Assembly (NCBI GenBank): GCA_003135555.1 | Contig: PLCF01000085.1 | Coordinates: forward strand, 184,589 to 248,588 | Source: Vulcanimicrobiota bacterium | Lineage (GTDB): Bacteria; Vulcanimicrobiota; Vulcanimicrobiia; Vulcanimicrobiales; Vulcanimicrobiaceae | Direction: 5' to 3' | Length of the DNA: 64,000 nucleotides | In this document: piece after piece, positions 47,464 through 58,029 of the stretch | Position numbering within the stretch: position 1 is the first letter of the stretch | Layout of the letters: each line of letters begins with the position of its first letter | Translations under genes and position numbers: made by a program | Notes under the pieces: generated by a model | The model's database searches: none | What the model was told of the DNA's origin: nothing | The model's input: the letters and a program-made list of their open reading frames with translations, nothing else

Positions 47464-49008
47464 ATGGAACTGCGGATCGATCGTGAGGCGGTCGCGCGGG
47501 CGCGCCGGCTCGCCGGTGCGATCGTCGACCCCGTCGAGGACTTCATCGAGCGCCACTCGACGGTAAGCGTCGAGCGGGCGGTTGCCCGTTTGTGCGGCGT
47601 CGACGGCGTCGACGCCGCCGGCGTTCCGCTCGCCAACCGGTTGATCGACGCCCTTCCGGCGCGCGAGGCCGGCGTCGCCCGCGCGCTCGGCGCGGCGATC
47701 GCCGAAAGCGGCCGAACGCCGCAGCAGGTCGCCGCTGCGGTCGCCGCCGGCGAGGCGCTGCCGGACCCGGCGGGCACGCCCGAAACGGCGCTGCGGGCCG
47801 CGCTGCGCGTTCACATCGATGCCGGGCTGGCGCGCATCGACGCGGCGCGGGCGCTGCGGACCGCGCTGCTGGCCCGGCTGCCGCAGGGCGAGCCGCCGCT
47901 GCTCTACGTGATCGTCGCGAGCGGCAACATCTACGAAGACCGCACCGCCGCGGTCGCCGCGGCCGAAGGCGGCGCACAGATCGTGGCCGTGATCCGCTCG
48001 ACGGCGCAGTCGCTGCTCGACTACGTTCCGTTCGGCGCCACGACCGAGGGCTTCGGCGGAACCTACGCGACCCAGGAAAATTTCCGCCTCATGCGCGCCG
48101 CGCTCGATGAAGCGTCGGAGCGGTTGGGGCGCTACGTGATGCTCACCAACTACGCCAGCGGCCTGTGCATGCCGGAGATCGCGGCGCTGGCGGCGCTCGA
48201 GCGGCTCGACATGCTGCTCAACGACTCGATGTACGGCATCCTGTTTCGCGACATCAACATGCAGCGGACGTTCGTCGACCAGCACTTCTCGCGCCAGCTC
48301 AACGCGCGTAGCGGGATCGTGATCAACACCGGCGAGGACAACTATCTCACGACCGCCGATGCGGTGGAGCAAGCGCCCGCGGTGCTGGCGTCGCAGTTCG
48401 TCAACGAAGCGTTCGCACGCCGCGCCGGGCTCCCCGCCGCTCAGATGGGTCTGGGCGACGCCTATGAGATCGACCCCGACCTCGAGGACGGGTTCTTGCT
48501 CCAAGTCGCGCAAGCGCAGCTGACGCGGCAGATCTTCCCCGACGCGCCGCTCAAGTACATGCCGCCGACCAAGCACATGACGGGGAACATCTTCAAAGGC
48601 CACTTGATCGACGCCATGTTCAACCTCACGTCGGTCATGACGCATCAAACGATCCACCTGTGCGGGATGCTGACCGAGGCGATTCACACGCCGTTCCTGG
48701 GCGACCGCGCGCTGGCGCTCGAGAACGCGCGTTACGTGATGACCACGGCGCGCCACTTCGGGGACGAGATCGAGATCAAGGCCGGCGGGCGGATCGAGCT
48801 GCGCGCCCGTGACGTGCTCAGCGGGGCGGTCCGCATCCTCGACGGCGTCGCGCAGCGCGGATTGATGCGGGCGATCGAAGACGGGACGTTCGCCGACATT
48901 CGGCGGCCGCGCGACGGCGGCCGCGGTTACGACGGCGTGTTCGCGAAGGACGCGGCGTATTGGAACCCGTTCGCCGACGCGCTCGCCGGCGGTGCGGTCC
49001 CGGCGTGA
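47464..49008 (+). CDS. kamD: Lysine 5,6-aminomutase alpha subunit
   Basis: HSTVSVER, YVIVASGNIYED, IRSTAQSLLDY, NYASGLCMPE, INTGEDNY, KYMPPTK. Confidence 0.93.
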   Translation: MELRIDREAVARARRLAGAIVDPVEDFIERHSTVSVERAVARLCGVDGVDAAGVPLANRLIDALPAREAGVARALGAAIAESGRTPQQVAAAVAAGEALPDPAGTPETALRAALRVHIDAGLARIDAARALRTALLARLPQGEPPLLYVIVASGNIYEDRTAAVAAAEGGAQIVAVIRSTAQSLLDYVPFGATTEGFGGTYATQENFRLMRAALDEASERLGRYVMLTNYASGLCMPEIAALAALERLDMLLNDSMYGILFRDINMQRTFVDQHFSRQLNARSGIVINTGEDNYLTTADAVEQAPAVLASQFVNEAFARRAGLPAAQMGLGDAYEIDPDLEDGFLLQVAQAQLTRQIFPDAPLKYMPPTKHMTGNIFKGHLIDAMFNLTSVMTHQTIHLCGMLTEAIHTPFLGDRALALENARYVMTTARHFGDEIEIKAGGRIELRARDVLSGAVRILDGVAQRGLMRAIEDGTFADIRRPRDGGRGYDGVFAKDAAYWNPFADALAGGAVPA

Positions 49009-49739
49009 GCCTCGTGCGGCCGTACGGCGACACGCGGGACGACGGCGCCGTCCAGCTGTCGTTTACCCTGCCGATCGCGTGGGACGAAGCCGCGGACGAA
49101 GCGGCGCGCCAGCTCGTAGCCAAGATGGGGTTCAGCGACGTCTCGGTCGTCGAGGGCCGGGCGATCAGCGCCGGCTTCTCGTTCTTCGTCGTCTACGCGC
49201 GCACGCTGGTCGCCGTCGACGCCTCGACGATCCGAGCGCCGTCCGCGACCGGCGCCGCCCTGTCGATCGAGCAGGTCGACGAGCTGATCGCGCGGCGGGT
49301 CGGCCGCAAGCTCAAGGTCGTCGGCGCGTGCATCGGGACGGACGCGCATACGGTAGGGATCGACGCGATCCTGAACATGAAGGGCTACAAGGGCGACTAC
49401 GGTTTGGAGCGGTATCGCGGGTTCGAAGTGTTCAATCTGGGCAGCCAGATCGCGGTCGAGGATCTCGTGCGGTTCGCACGCGAGCGCGACGTCGATGCCA
49501 TTCTGGCCTCGCAAGTCGTCACCCAGAAGGGCAGCGACATCGCCAACTTCACCGCGCTCGCAGAGCTGCTGGAAGCCGAAAACATGCGCGAAGGGCTGGT
49601 ACTGATCGCCGGCGGACCGCGCGTGACGAACCTGTTGGCCGCCGAGCTCGGTTACGACGCCGGATTTGGCCGCGGGACCATGCCCGGCGATGTCGCGAGA
49701 TTCATTGCGTTGCGGATCGCGTCAGCGCGTAACGCCTAG
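49005..49739 (+). CDS. kamE: Lysine 5,6-aminomutase beta subunit (AdoCbl-binding)
   Basis: RPYGDT.DDG.VQLSFTLP dimerisation domain; DAHTVG (DxHxxG); NMKG PLP Lys. Confidence 0.93.
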   Translation: MSLVRPYGDTRDDGAVQLSFTLPIAWDEAADEAARQLVAKMGFSDVSVVEGRAISAGFSFFVVYARTLVAVDASTIRAPSATGAALSIEQVDELIARRVGRKLKVVGACIGTDAHTVGIDAILNMKGYKGDYGLERYRGFEVFNLGSQIAVEDLVRFARERDVDAILASQVVTQKGSDIANFTALAELLEAENMREGLVLIAGGPRVTNLLAAELGYDAGFGRGTMPGDVARFIALRIASARNA

Positions 49740-50438
49740 CTCGCAGAGCATTTGGCCTTCGAAGAAGAACCGCTTCGTTCGGCCTGCATAGTCGATGAAG
49801 TAACGCTGTTTGATGTGTAGCCCCGCCTCGCGTATCAATTCTGTGAATTCGTTCGGCGTGAAGGCGTGCGTTTGGGTCGGAATCTGCTCGCCCCCGACCG
49901 ACCAGATCATATCGATGTCGCCGTTACAATCGGACGGAAAGATGGTGTCGTAGATCGCACGCTGCAACGTGGGAAACCACCCGTACCAGCGGGCGTTGTA
50001 GCGATTGTGCACGTCAACGAAAATCGAGCCATCGACTGCCAGCAGCGAGCCCATCCGACGCAGCGCTGTGACACGCGCTGCGCGTGGGGAGACATGTGCC
50101 AGGACGTTCCAGAGGCATGTAATGACGTCGAATCGTTCATTTGATTGGGGCAAGTCCTCGGCTCTTACGGGCCACACGTCGGCCGCGCCACGTTGGCGGC
50201 ATTCGCGAAGCATCGCGGCGCTTGGCTCGACCAGGACCAGCCTCGACAATCCGCGTGCACGAGCGATGCGGACCCCGCGAATACCGTCGGCCGCGCCGAC
50301 GTCTAGCATCGAACGGGCGCCGCAGGGAATATCTCGCGTAATGATAGCGTCGACGGCGTCGATATAGGCGGCGCGCCGCTCGGCGTAAGCCCTGAAGTGC
50401 GGTGCGAAGCGGTCGTAGGCACTTTCCGAGTCACGCAT
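49722..50438 (-). CDS. Class I SAM-dependent methyltransferase
   Basis: MLDVGAADG, VEPSAAM, FDVITCLWNVLAH. Confidence 0.8.
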   Translation of the reverse strand: MRDSESAYDRFAPHFRAYAERRAAYIDAVDAIITRDIPCGARSMLDVGAADGIRGVRIARARGLSRLVLVEPSAAMLRECRQRGAADVWPVRAEDLPQSNERFDVITCLWNVLAHVSPRAARVTALRRMGSLLAVDGSIFVDVHNRYNARWYGWFPTLQRAIYDTIFPSDCNGDIDMIWSVGGEQIPTQTHAFTPNEFTELIREAGLHIKQRYFIDYAGRTKRFFFEGQMLCELGVTR

Positions 50439-50600
50439 CGTTCGACTGCCCTCGTCCACCGCTTCGTTGTTTCACAAATGCTGCCGCCGGCCCTCGGTGA
50501 TGTCGCGGCCGGTCGGGCCGACGCTCTCACCAAAGGGTTGTTCGCGCTCGCCGTGCAGGCGAAGGCGGATCGACGAGTCCCCGAGATGAAAGCGGCCGCC

Positions 50601-52169
50601 ATGTACGGGAGCAGAGTTCGGGTGGTACGGCGTCTCGTTGGGGTGGCAGTCGCGGCGACCATCGTTGCGGTATTTGCCGCGCCCGCCGGCGCCGTCGATC
50701 GCAGCCTGGGTGCCGGCATTGCCAAGCCGGTCGCCGCGGGGGCGCAGTGGACCGATGCCGAGATCGCCTCGCTATCGGCCAACGTCGACGTCTTGCTCGC
50801 CGGCGCGAAGACGCTGGGCGGCGCGCACGTCGGGATCTACGCGATCGGTGCGCGCGACGGGCGCGTGCTGTATGCGCGCAACGCCGACGATCTGTTCCAG
50901 CCGGCGTCGACCCTCAAGCTGCTCGTCGGCAGCGCCGCGCTCGACAAGCTGGGACCGGGTTTCCGGTTCACGACCGAAGCGTTCGTGCCGGGGTCGGCGA
51001 GCGTGGTCGACGGCGAGGTGAAGGGATCCGTGATGCTGCGCGGCGGCGGCGACGTGCTGCTCGACGATGCCGCGCTCGCGGAGCTCCCGGCCGCGTTGCG
51101 GGCGGCCGGCGTCGTCGCGGTGCACGGCGTGAGCTTCATCGACGATCGCCGCTTCCCGCCGTATCTGCCGGGTTGGTCGTGGGACGATTTCCCCTGGTAC
51201 TACGCTGCGCCGGTGACCCCGCTGAGCCTCAACGACAATACGGTCACCCTCGACGTGACGCCGGGCGAGCGGCCGGGCGCGCCGGTGAGCGTCGCGGTGC
51301 GGCCGTGGGGCACTGCGTGCATCGTGGCCACGCCGTGCCGCGCCGATCTCGGCTTCGCGATCGACGTGCGCGCGACGACCGGCGAGAAGGGGAGCGCGTC
51401 GACGCTCGACGTCACGCGCGACGTACCGTCCGGCGGCCTCGACCGGGTGACGTTGATCGGCTCGCTGGCAGCCGGGGCCGATGCGGAGCACCTCGACATC
51501 GCGGTGCCCTGGCCGCCGCGGTACGCGGCCGCCGCCGCAACGCGCGCGCTGACGCGCGCCGGTTTCCGGGTGTTGCCCGACCTCAGCGCCGCGCCGCCGG
51601 CCGCGGCACCGGGCAACGACCGCATCGTCTGGACGCACAACTCGGCGCCGCTCTCCGACGTGCTCGGCGACCTGTGGCAGCCCAGCGACAACATCCTGGC
51701 CGAGCAGTTGTTGCGCGCGCTGGGCGCCCCCGACGGTGCGCGCCAAGGCCCCAGCGCGGCGGGGATCGCGTGGGAGAAGACGTGGTTGAAAAAGCTCGGC
51801 ATCGACGCCGAGGCGGTCGCGCTCGAGGACGGCAGCGGCTTGTCGGTCTACGACCGCATCACCCCGCACGATCTCGTCACCATCCTCAAGTACGACTGGG
51901 ACGGTGCCAACCGCGACGTGGTGCTCGACGATCTTCCGCTCGCCGGCGTGCGCGGCACCCTCAAAGCGTCGTTCACCGGGACCGCGGCGGAGCAGCACGT
52001 GTTCGCCAAGACCGGGACGCTCGCGCACGCCAGCGCGCTCGCCGGCTACGCCGCCAACGCCAAGCACGGTGCGGTGATCTTCGCGTTCACGGTCGACGAC
52101 TGGATCGGCGAAGCGGCGGCGCTGCGCGAACTGCGCGGTCGCGTGCTGTCGCACTTCGTCGAGGACTAG
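50601..52169 (+). CDS. dacB: D-Ala-D-Ala carboxypeptidase/endopeptidase (PBP4, S13); start approximate
   Basis: Signal peptide; PASTLK (SxxK), SDN (SxN), DGSGLS, AKTG. Confidence 0.92.
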   Translation: MYGSRVRVVRRLVGVAVAATIVAVFAAPAGAVDRSLGAGIAKPVAAGAQWTDAEIASLSANVDVLLAGAKTLGGAHVGIYAIGARDGRVLYARNADDLFQPASTLKLLVGSAALDKLGPGFRFTTEAFVPGSASVVDGEVKGSVMLRGGGDVLLDDAALAELPAALRAAGVVAVHGVSFIDDRRFPPYLPGWSWDDFPWYYAAPVTPLSLNDNTVTLDVTPGERPGAPVSVAVRPWGTACIVATPCRADLGFAIDVRATTGEKGSASTLDVTRDVPSGGLDRVTLIGSLAAGADAEHLDIAVPWPPRYAAAAATRALTRAGFRVLPDLSAAPPAAAPGNDRIVWTHNSAPLSDVLGDLWQPSDNILAEQLLRALGAPDGARQGPSAAGIAWEKTWLKKLGIDAEAVALEDGSGLSVYDRITPHDLVTILKYDWDGANRDVVLDDLPLAGVRGTLKASFTGTAAEQHVFAKTGTLAHASALAGYAANAKHGAVIFAFTVDDWIGEAAALRELRGRVLSHFVED

Positions 52170-52175
52170 CCGCCC

Positions 52176-53171
52176 ATGCTCGGCGCGCACTTCGAAGCCG
52201 AGATTCGCGAGCAGCCCGAGGTGTGGCGCCGCCTCGCCGCATCCGACGGCGCGCAGCGCCTCGCCGCGGCGGTCGCCGGACGCGATGTGCTGTTCGTCGG
52301 CAGCGGCAGCTCGCTGTTCGTGGGGATGCTCGGCGCGCTCGCCTTTCGGCGGCGCGGGATTCGCGCCGCGGCGCTGGCCGCGACCGAAGCGCGCTTCGAC
52401 CGCAACGCCTACCGCGACGCGTGCGTGGTCGCGCTGTCGCAGAGCGGCCGTTCGACCGACCTGCTCGACGCGATCGAGCTGCTCGCCCCGGCGCGGCTCG
52501 TCGCGCTGACCAACGATGCCGCCGCGCCGCTGGCCCAGCGGGCCGCGGTGACGATCGATTGCCTGGCCGGACCCGAGCTGGCCGTTCCGGCGAGCAAGAG
52601 CGTAACCTCGATGGCGGCGCTCCTGTTGTCGGCCGCGGCGTTGTGCGGCGGCGCCCACAACCGGACCGCGGCGACGTTGCTGGAAACGGCGGCGGAGGTG
52701 CGCGCGTGGCTCGCCGGCGACGGCGGCGGCGTCGTCGAAGCCGCCGCCCGGCGCATCGCGCGCTGCCGCAGCGTCGCGGTGGTGGCGGCCGGCTACGGCG
52801 TCCCGGTCGCCTACGAGCTCGCGCTCAAGATCAAGGAAGCCAGCTACGTTCACGCCGAGGGCTTCCCGGCCGGCGAGTTCCGGCACGGCAGCTCGGCGAT
52901 GCTCGACGCGTCGACCGCGATCGTCGGCATCGTGGACGAAGCCTCGCGCGACATCGTCGAGCGCCCGCTCGCCGCAGCGGGCGCGGCCGGAGCGCAGCGC
53001 TACGTCGTCGGCGCGCCCAGCGGCGACGTCACGTTGCTGGGTCCCGTCACGGGCGAAGCCTTCAACACGCTGGCCTGGCTGGTCGTCGGACAATACCTCG
53101 CCCTGAGCATCGGGCGCGCGAATGCCGTCGACTCCGACGCGCCGCGCGGTTTGCGCAAGTGGCTCCGGTGA
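52176..53171 (+). CDS. Double-SIS sugar-phosphate isomerase/deaminase (GlmS C-terminal-like)
   Basis: EIREQP, GSGSS, LSQSG, ELALKIKE, EFRHG; no glutaminase domain. Confidence 0.85.
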   Translation: MLGAHFEAEIREQPEVWRRLAASDGAQRLAAAVAGRDVLFVGSGSSLFVGMLGALAFRRRGIRAAALAATEARFDRNAYRDACVVALSQSGRSTDLLDAIELLAPARLVALTNDAAAPLAQRAAVTIDCLAGPELAVPASKSVTSMAALLLSAAALCGGAHNRTAATLLETAAEVRAWLAGDGGGVVEAAARRIARCRSVAVVAAGYGVPVAYELALKIKEASYVHAEGFPAGEFRHGSSAMLDASTAIVGIVDEASRDIVERPLAAAGAAGAQRYVVGAPSGDVTLLGPVTGEAFNTLAWLVVGQYLALSIGRANAVDSDAPRGLRKWLR

Positions 53172-54691
53172 ACGGCCTGCGCGCGCCGTTCGCTGCGCTC
53201 GTCCTCGTAGCGACGGCGCAGAGTCCCGCGCCGTACTCGTGGCCGGTGCCGTTGGCGACGAGCGCGCCGGCGCCGCAGCCCACCGAGCTGTGGAGCGGTG
53301 CGCCCGCGGCGTCGTTCGCGCTCGACGTGCGACCGCTCGGCGTCAGCCCCGACGGCGAGGCGCGAGCGCTGGTGCGCGTCGTCTTGCGCGACGCCGGCGG
53401 CAACGTCGTGCGGATCAGGCGCGGCGCCGACTTCGACTTCTTCGCGACCCCCGGGACCGCGCAGTGGCAGACCCGGCTGCGCTTCGGCGGGCCGGCCGCG
53501 ATCGTCGCGGTTCGCGACGACGGCCCCGTCGCGGTGCGCGTGGTCTGCAATCGGCCCGCCGGTCTGGGCGAGCAGCGCGCCGCATTCGACTCGCGCGGCT
53601 GGCGCGTTGCGCGCGTCGTTGCCGCCGCCGTGGGGCCGCATCTCGTGCGCATCGGCTGGTTTCCGCGAGCGCGCACCGGCGCGGTGCGCGTGTATCGCGT
53701 GGATGCGCGCGGGCGCCGCACGCTCGCCGCGATGCTCGCGGCGCCGGCGTCATCGTGGGACGATCGCGTGGTAGAGCCCGGGCGCGTCGCCCGCTATGCC
53801 GTTGTCCGCCCGCGCAGTGCGCCGGCGCTGGTGCACGCCGATGTGCCACCGGAGTTGCCGCCGAGCTCGGTCGACGCGCTGCGCGGCAAGTCGGCGTGGC
53901 TCGCGTTTTCGGGCGATCCGCTCGACGACGAGTCGTATGCGAAGCTCGACGTCGACGCGATCGTCGGGGCGGCCGTGCACGCCGGGCTACGCTCGATCGA
54001 GCTGCGGTTGGCGTACGGCGCCTTCGACGAAGTGACGCCCGAGTCGAAAGCGACGATCGACCGGTTGATCGACGGCCTCGTCGCGCACCACGTCGCGGTC
54101 ATCGGGTGGACGGTCCCGCGCACGCCGTCCTTCGAAGATCTGGCGCGCGACGCGCAGGTAGCGGCGTACCGCACGCCGGGCGGCAGCGCGATCAGCGGGC
54201 TCGCGGTCGATCTCGAGCGCGGCGGCGAGTTTCTCGGCAACGGTCCACTCGGCTACGCCGCGCTGCGCGACTATCTCGGCGTGTTGCGTCGCGCGGTCGG
54301 TCCGCGCGTGCTGCTCGTCGCCACCGTCGAAGACCCGTACCTCGAGCATCTCGATGCCGCGAAATTCCCCTACGCGGCGATCGCGCGCGACGCCGACGTG
54401 CTGCAGCCGATGACGTACTGGCGCATGCTCGGCGCCGCGGACTCGCCCGCCGCGGTGCGCGCCGCCGTCGGCGAATCGATCGGCCTGGTCCGCCGCCTCG
54501 CCGGCCGCCCGATCCCGATCGACGTTGGAGCGCAGACGGGCGTCCTCTCCAAGCGCGGCGCGCCGTCGGGCGACGAGGTCGGCGCAGCGGTGGAGGCGAG
54601 CCGCCGTAGCGGCGCGATCGGGATCGCGTTCTACGATCTCACCGGCACCGGGCCCGAGCAGTGGGACGCCATCGCACGGGCGGCCTGGTGA
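53168..54691 (+). CDS. Secreted protein with Fn3-like domain and glycoside-hydrolase-like TIM barrel
   Basis: GTG overlaps the SIS stop; signal-like N-terminus; W..YRV..D..V.PG..Y Fn3 pattern; AVDLE and QPMTYW (3' part of ORF 50747..54691). Confidence 0.6.
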   Translation: MNGLRAPFAALVLVATAQSPAPYSWPVPLATSAPAPQPTELWSGAPAASFALDVRPLGVSPDGEARALVRVVLRDAGGNVVRIRRGADFDFFATPGTAQWQTRLRFGGPAAIVAVRDDGPVAVRVVCNRPAGLGEQRAAFDSRGWRVARVVAAAVGPHLVRIGWFPRARTGAVRVYRVDARGRRTLAAMLAAPASSWDDRVVEPGRVARYAVVRPRSAPALVHADVPPELPPSSVDALRGKSAWLAFSGDPLDDESYAKLDVDAIVGAAVHAGLRSIELRLAYGAFDEVTPESKATIDRLIDGLVAHHVAVIGWTVPRTPSFEDLARDAQVAAYRTPGGSAISGLAVDLERGGEFLGNGPLGYAALRDYLGVLRRAVGPRVLLVATVEDPYLEHLDAAKFPYAAIARDADVLQPMTYWRMLGAADSPAAVRAAVGESIGLVRRLAGRPIPIDVGAQTGVLSKRGAPSGDEVGAAVEASRRSGAIGIAFYDLTGTGPEQWDAIARAAW

Positions 54692-54737
54692 ACAACGTGG
54701 GCGGGAACGGCCCGAAACTGCGCCGTAACGGCGTGGG

Positions 54738-56555
54738 GTGCCGGTTCCTTGCAAATATGCCGCATTGCTCGCGGACTGGCTCTGCGACCTCGGCTACACC
54801 CACTGCTTCTTCGTCGCCGGCGGCAACATCATGCATCTTCTGGATGCTGCTCGAACGCGCTTCACCTGCGTCGCGGTCGTGCACGAGGTTACTGCCGGAG
54901 TCGCGGTCGAGTACTTCAACGAGATTCGCGGCGCCCAAGGCGGCCGCGCGTTCGCCTTGGTCACCGCCGGTCCCGGCCTTACCAACATCGTCACGGCCTT
55001 GGCCGGAGCGTTCCTGGAGAGCCGCGAGCTCTTGGTGCTCGGTGGCCAGGTCAAGTCGACCGATCTCGCCGGCCCGACGTTGCGTCAGCGCGGGATCCAG
55101 GAGATCGACGGCATCGCGCTCGCGAAGCCGGTGACCGTCGTCGCCGAACGGATCGAACGGCCGGTGGACCGCGCAACGTTCACGCGACTCGTCGGACGCG
55201 GCGAACAAGCGCGAAAGGGACCGGTCTTTCTCGAGATCTGTCTCGATGCGCAAGGCGCCCCCGTCGATCGCAGCGACCTCGAACGCAACGACGCGTCGCG
55301 TCCCCCCGCCGTGGGTGCAAAGCAGGCCGCTGCAGCGCGGAGCGCTGCGCCGCAGGTTGCGGCGCTGGTTCGCGACGCTGCGCGTCCGGTGGTCTTGCTG
55401 GGCGGAGGGTTCTCGCGCGCGGCCGCATCGCGGCTGCGCGCCTCACTGCGCTCGATGGACGTCCCGGTGATGACGACGTGGAACGCCACCGATCGTGTCG
55501 ACGCGCGCGATCCGCACTACGCGGGACGGCCGAACACCTTCGGCCAGCGTTCTGCCAACGTGCTCATCGCGCAAGCCGATTGCATCGTCGCCGTAGGCAC
55601 CCGGCTGGGGCTGCAGCAGACGGGGTTCAACCACGAGGCGTTCGCGCCGCTCGCCACGGTGGTGCAGGTCGACATCGACGAGGCCGAGCTGACGAAGGGT
55701 CATCCGAGGGTCGACGTCGCGGTGCCCGGCGATGCGGACGCGTTCATGGAGGCGCTCCTCGAGCACGATCTGGGCAGGCATGGCGAGTGGCTCGCGTTTT
55801 GCCGCTTCGTGCGCACGCGCTTGCCGCCGGCGGACCCCGAGAACGTGCATTCACCCGAATACCTCGATCCGTTCGCGTTCATGCAAACCTTGTCGCGGCT
55901 GTGCGACGAGCGCGATCTCATCGTCCCGTGTTCGAGCGGCGGCGCGTTCACGACGGCGATGCAAGCGTTCGATCAGCGCTTCGGCCAAGCCGTGGTGACC
56001 GACAAAGGACTTGCCGCGATGGGGTACGGGCTCCCCGGAGCGATCGGGGCGGCGTTTGCGGGGGGCGGACGCCGGACGATTCTCTGCGACGGCGACGGCG
56101 GCTTCAGCCAAAACCTCCAAGAGCTTGCCACCGTTGCCGTCAATCGGCTGCCGATCAAGATCTTTCTCATGAGCAACGAAGGGTACGCCTCGATCCGAAT
56201 GACCCAGCGGAACTACTTCGAAGGCGGCTATCTCGGCTGCGACATACAGAGCGGGCTGGGTTTCCCGAACTGGGACATGCTGTTCCGCGCGTACGACGTT
56301 CCGCTGTTCGTGCTGGGCGCGGACTGGGAACACGACCCTGCGATCCGCAGCGCGATGCGATCCGACGGGCCGGCTGGATTCCTGGTGCCGGTGGATCCCG
56401 AACAGACGTACTACCCGAAGATCACCAGCCGCGTCACCGCGAGCGGCTCGATGGAGTCCGCTCCGCTTCACCTCATGAGTCCGCCGCTGGCGCCGGACGT
56501 CTCGGCCGACGTGCTTCCGTACCTCCGCGCCCACGAGAGCCCGATACCGTCGTGA
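54738..56555 (+). CDS. ThDP-dependent carboligase (acetolactate synthase/YerE-like)
   Basis: VHE catalytic Glu, [20 protein letters not shown]...SNEGY ThDP motif. Confidence 0.9.
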   Translation: MPVPCKYAALLADWLCDLGYTHCFFVAGGNIMHLLDAARTRFTCVAVVHEVTAGVAVEYFNEIRGAQGGRAFALVTAGPGLTNIVTALAGAFLESRELLVLGGQVKSTDLAGPTLRQRGIQEIDGIALAKPVTVVAERIERPVDRATFTRLVGRGEQARKGPVFLEICLDAQGAPVDRSDLERNDASRPPAVGAKQAAAARSAAPQVAALVRDAARPVVLLGGGFSRAAASRLRASLRSMDVPVMTTWNATDRVDARDPHYAGRPNTFGQRSANVLIAQADCIVAVGTRLGLQQTGFNHEAFAPLATVVQVDIDEAELTKGHPRVDVAVPGDADAFMEALLEHDLGRHGEWLAFCRFVRTRLPPADPENVHSPEYLDPFAFMQTLSRLCDERDLIVPCSSGGAFTTAMQAFDQRFGQAVVTDKGLAAMGYGLPGAIGAAFAGGGRRTILCDGDGGFSQNLQELATVAVNRLPIKIFLMSNEGYASIRMTQRNYFEGGYLGCDIQSGLGFPNWDMLFRAYDVPLFVLGADWEHDPAIRSAMRSDGPAGFLVPVDPEQTYYPKITSRVTASGSMESAPLHLMSPPLAPDVSADVLPYLRAHESPIPS

Positions 56556-57355
56556 ACAAGACCGAGCGCCGGATGGTCGAGATCCTCGAGCAAGGCGCCG
56601 GCGCGTACGGATACGTCTCGGTCAAGGCCGAGTTCGAAGCCGAGGGGACGCGTCCCGACGAGCTGCTGCGGCTCGTCGAGATCGCGTCGCGCGCCGGCCT
56701 GCCGCTGACGGTCAAGATCGGCGGCTGCGAAGCGATGCGCGACCTGCTCGAGGCCAAGCAGATCGGCGTCCGTTACATCGTCGCTCCGATGGTCGAAACG
56801 CCGTACGCCCTTTCGAAATACATCGCCGCGAAGGAGACGGTATTCAACCCGGACGAGGCGCAGGATGCGGACTTCCTCTTCAACCTGGAGACGATCACCG
56901 GCTACCAGCATCGCGCCGCCTTGGTCGAGCTCGCCGCGGCGCGTCCCGGCGTCGACGGCATCGTGTTCGGCCGGGTCGACTTCGTCGGCTCGACCGGCCG
57001 CGACCGCATGACCATCAACGACGACGACGTCACGAACCACGTGCTCGAGACGGCGAAGCTGTGCCGCGCGGCCGGCCTCGACTTGGTCGTCGGCGGCGGC
57101 ATCTCGCGCGATGCCGTTCCGGCGCTGCGGCGGGTTCGGAGCGAGCACTTGACGCGCTTCGAGACGCGCAAGGTGGTCTTCGGTGCGGCCGCCCTGGACG
57201 GCCCCGGGATCGAACAGGGGCTGCTCAACGCGGTGCACTTCGAATTGCTCTGGTTGATCAACAAGCGCGAGTACTACGGTGCGATCCACGGCGAGGACGC
57301 GCGGCGCATCGACATGCTGGAGAGCCGTTGGAACGTTCTGAAGCAACGGACGTAG
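56552..57355 (+). CDS. HpcH/HpaI aldolase/citrate lyase-family protein
   Basis: [35 protein letters not shown] overlaps the upstream stop. Confidence 0.75.
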   Translation: MNKTERRMVEILEQGAGAYGYVSVKAEFEAEGTRPDELLRLVEIASRAGLPLTVKIGGCEAMRDLLEAKQIGVRYIVAPMVETPYALSKYIAAKETVFNPDEAQDADFLFNLETITGYQHRAALVELAAARPGVDGIVFGRVDFVGSTGRDRMTINDDDVTNHVLETAKLCRAAGLDLVVGGGISRDAVPALRRVRSEHLTRFETRKVVFGAAALDGPGIEQGLLNAVHFELLWLINKREYYGAIHGEDARRIDMLESRWNVLKQRT

Positions 57356-58029
57356 GGGCGGCGCCCGGATCGGTTTTCATCACCGGCGCGGCGCGCGGGC
57401 TCGGCGCGGCGATCGCGCGCCGCTTCCGCGCCGCGGGGCGCACGGTCGTCGCCCCAACGCGGGCCGAGCTCGACCTCGCCGACCCGGAGTCGGTGCGCCG
57501 TTTCATCGGGCGTCCCGATCTCGAGGCGGTGGATGTCTTGATCAACAACGCCGGCGAGAACGTGTTGGGGACGATCGAGGCTCTGCCCGAAGCGCAGCTG
57601 CGCCGGATGTTTGAGACCAACGTCCTCTCCGCGTGGTCGCTGACGCGGGCGTTGGGCGGGATGATGTGCGCGCGCGGGCGCGGGCACATCGTGAACATCG
57701 CCTCGGTCTACGGGATCAAGAGCCGCCGTGCCCGGGGCGCGTACACCGCGACCAAGGCTGCGCTCATCGGGTTCACGAAGTCGGCCGCCATCGAATTCGG
57801 TCCGCACAACGTCTTGGTCAACGCCGTCGCGCCAGGTTTCGTCGACACCGAGCTGACGCGCAGGAACAACACGCCGGAGCAGCTCGAAGCGCTGTGCGGG
57901 ATGGTGCCGCTCGGGCGGCTGGCGCAGCCCGACGAGATCGCGCACCTGGTGTATTGGCTGTGCTCCGCGGAGAACACGTACGTCACGGGGCAGACGGTGG
58001 TGATCGACGGGGGATTCTTGGTTCAATGA
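57328..58029 (+). CDS. SDR oxidoreductase (FabG-like); start approximate
   Basis: [28 protein letters not shown]. Confidence 0.9.
   Translation: MERSEATDVGAAPGSVFITGAARGLGAAIARRFRAAGRTVVAPTRAELDLADPESVRRFIGRPDLEAVDVLINNAGENVLGTIEALPEAQLRRMFETNVLSAWSLTRALGGMMCARGRGHIVNIASVYGIKSRRARGAYTATKAALIGFTKSAAIEFGPHNVLVNAVAPGFVDTELTRRNNTPEQLEALCGMVPLGRLAQPDEIAHLVYWLCSAENTYVTGQTVVIDGGFLVQ

Noticed and set aside
50772..53093. Long antisense and alternate-frame ORFs throughout (e.g. 50772..53093, 47362..48756, 29062..30825)
   Set aside because: Expected in high-GC DNA; they overlap well-supported genes and have no motifs.
50747..54691. 1314-aa ORF as one giant protein
   Set aside because: Its first ~800 codons are an Arg/Ala-rich off-frame shadow of dacB and the SIS gene; only 53168-54691 looks like a real protein.
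54738..56555. Housekeeping ilvB
   Set aside because: No small subunit or ilvC nearby; the context is nucleotide-sugar modification.
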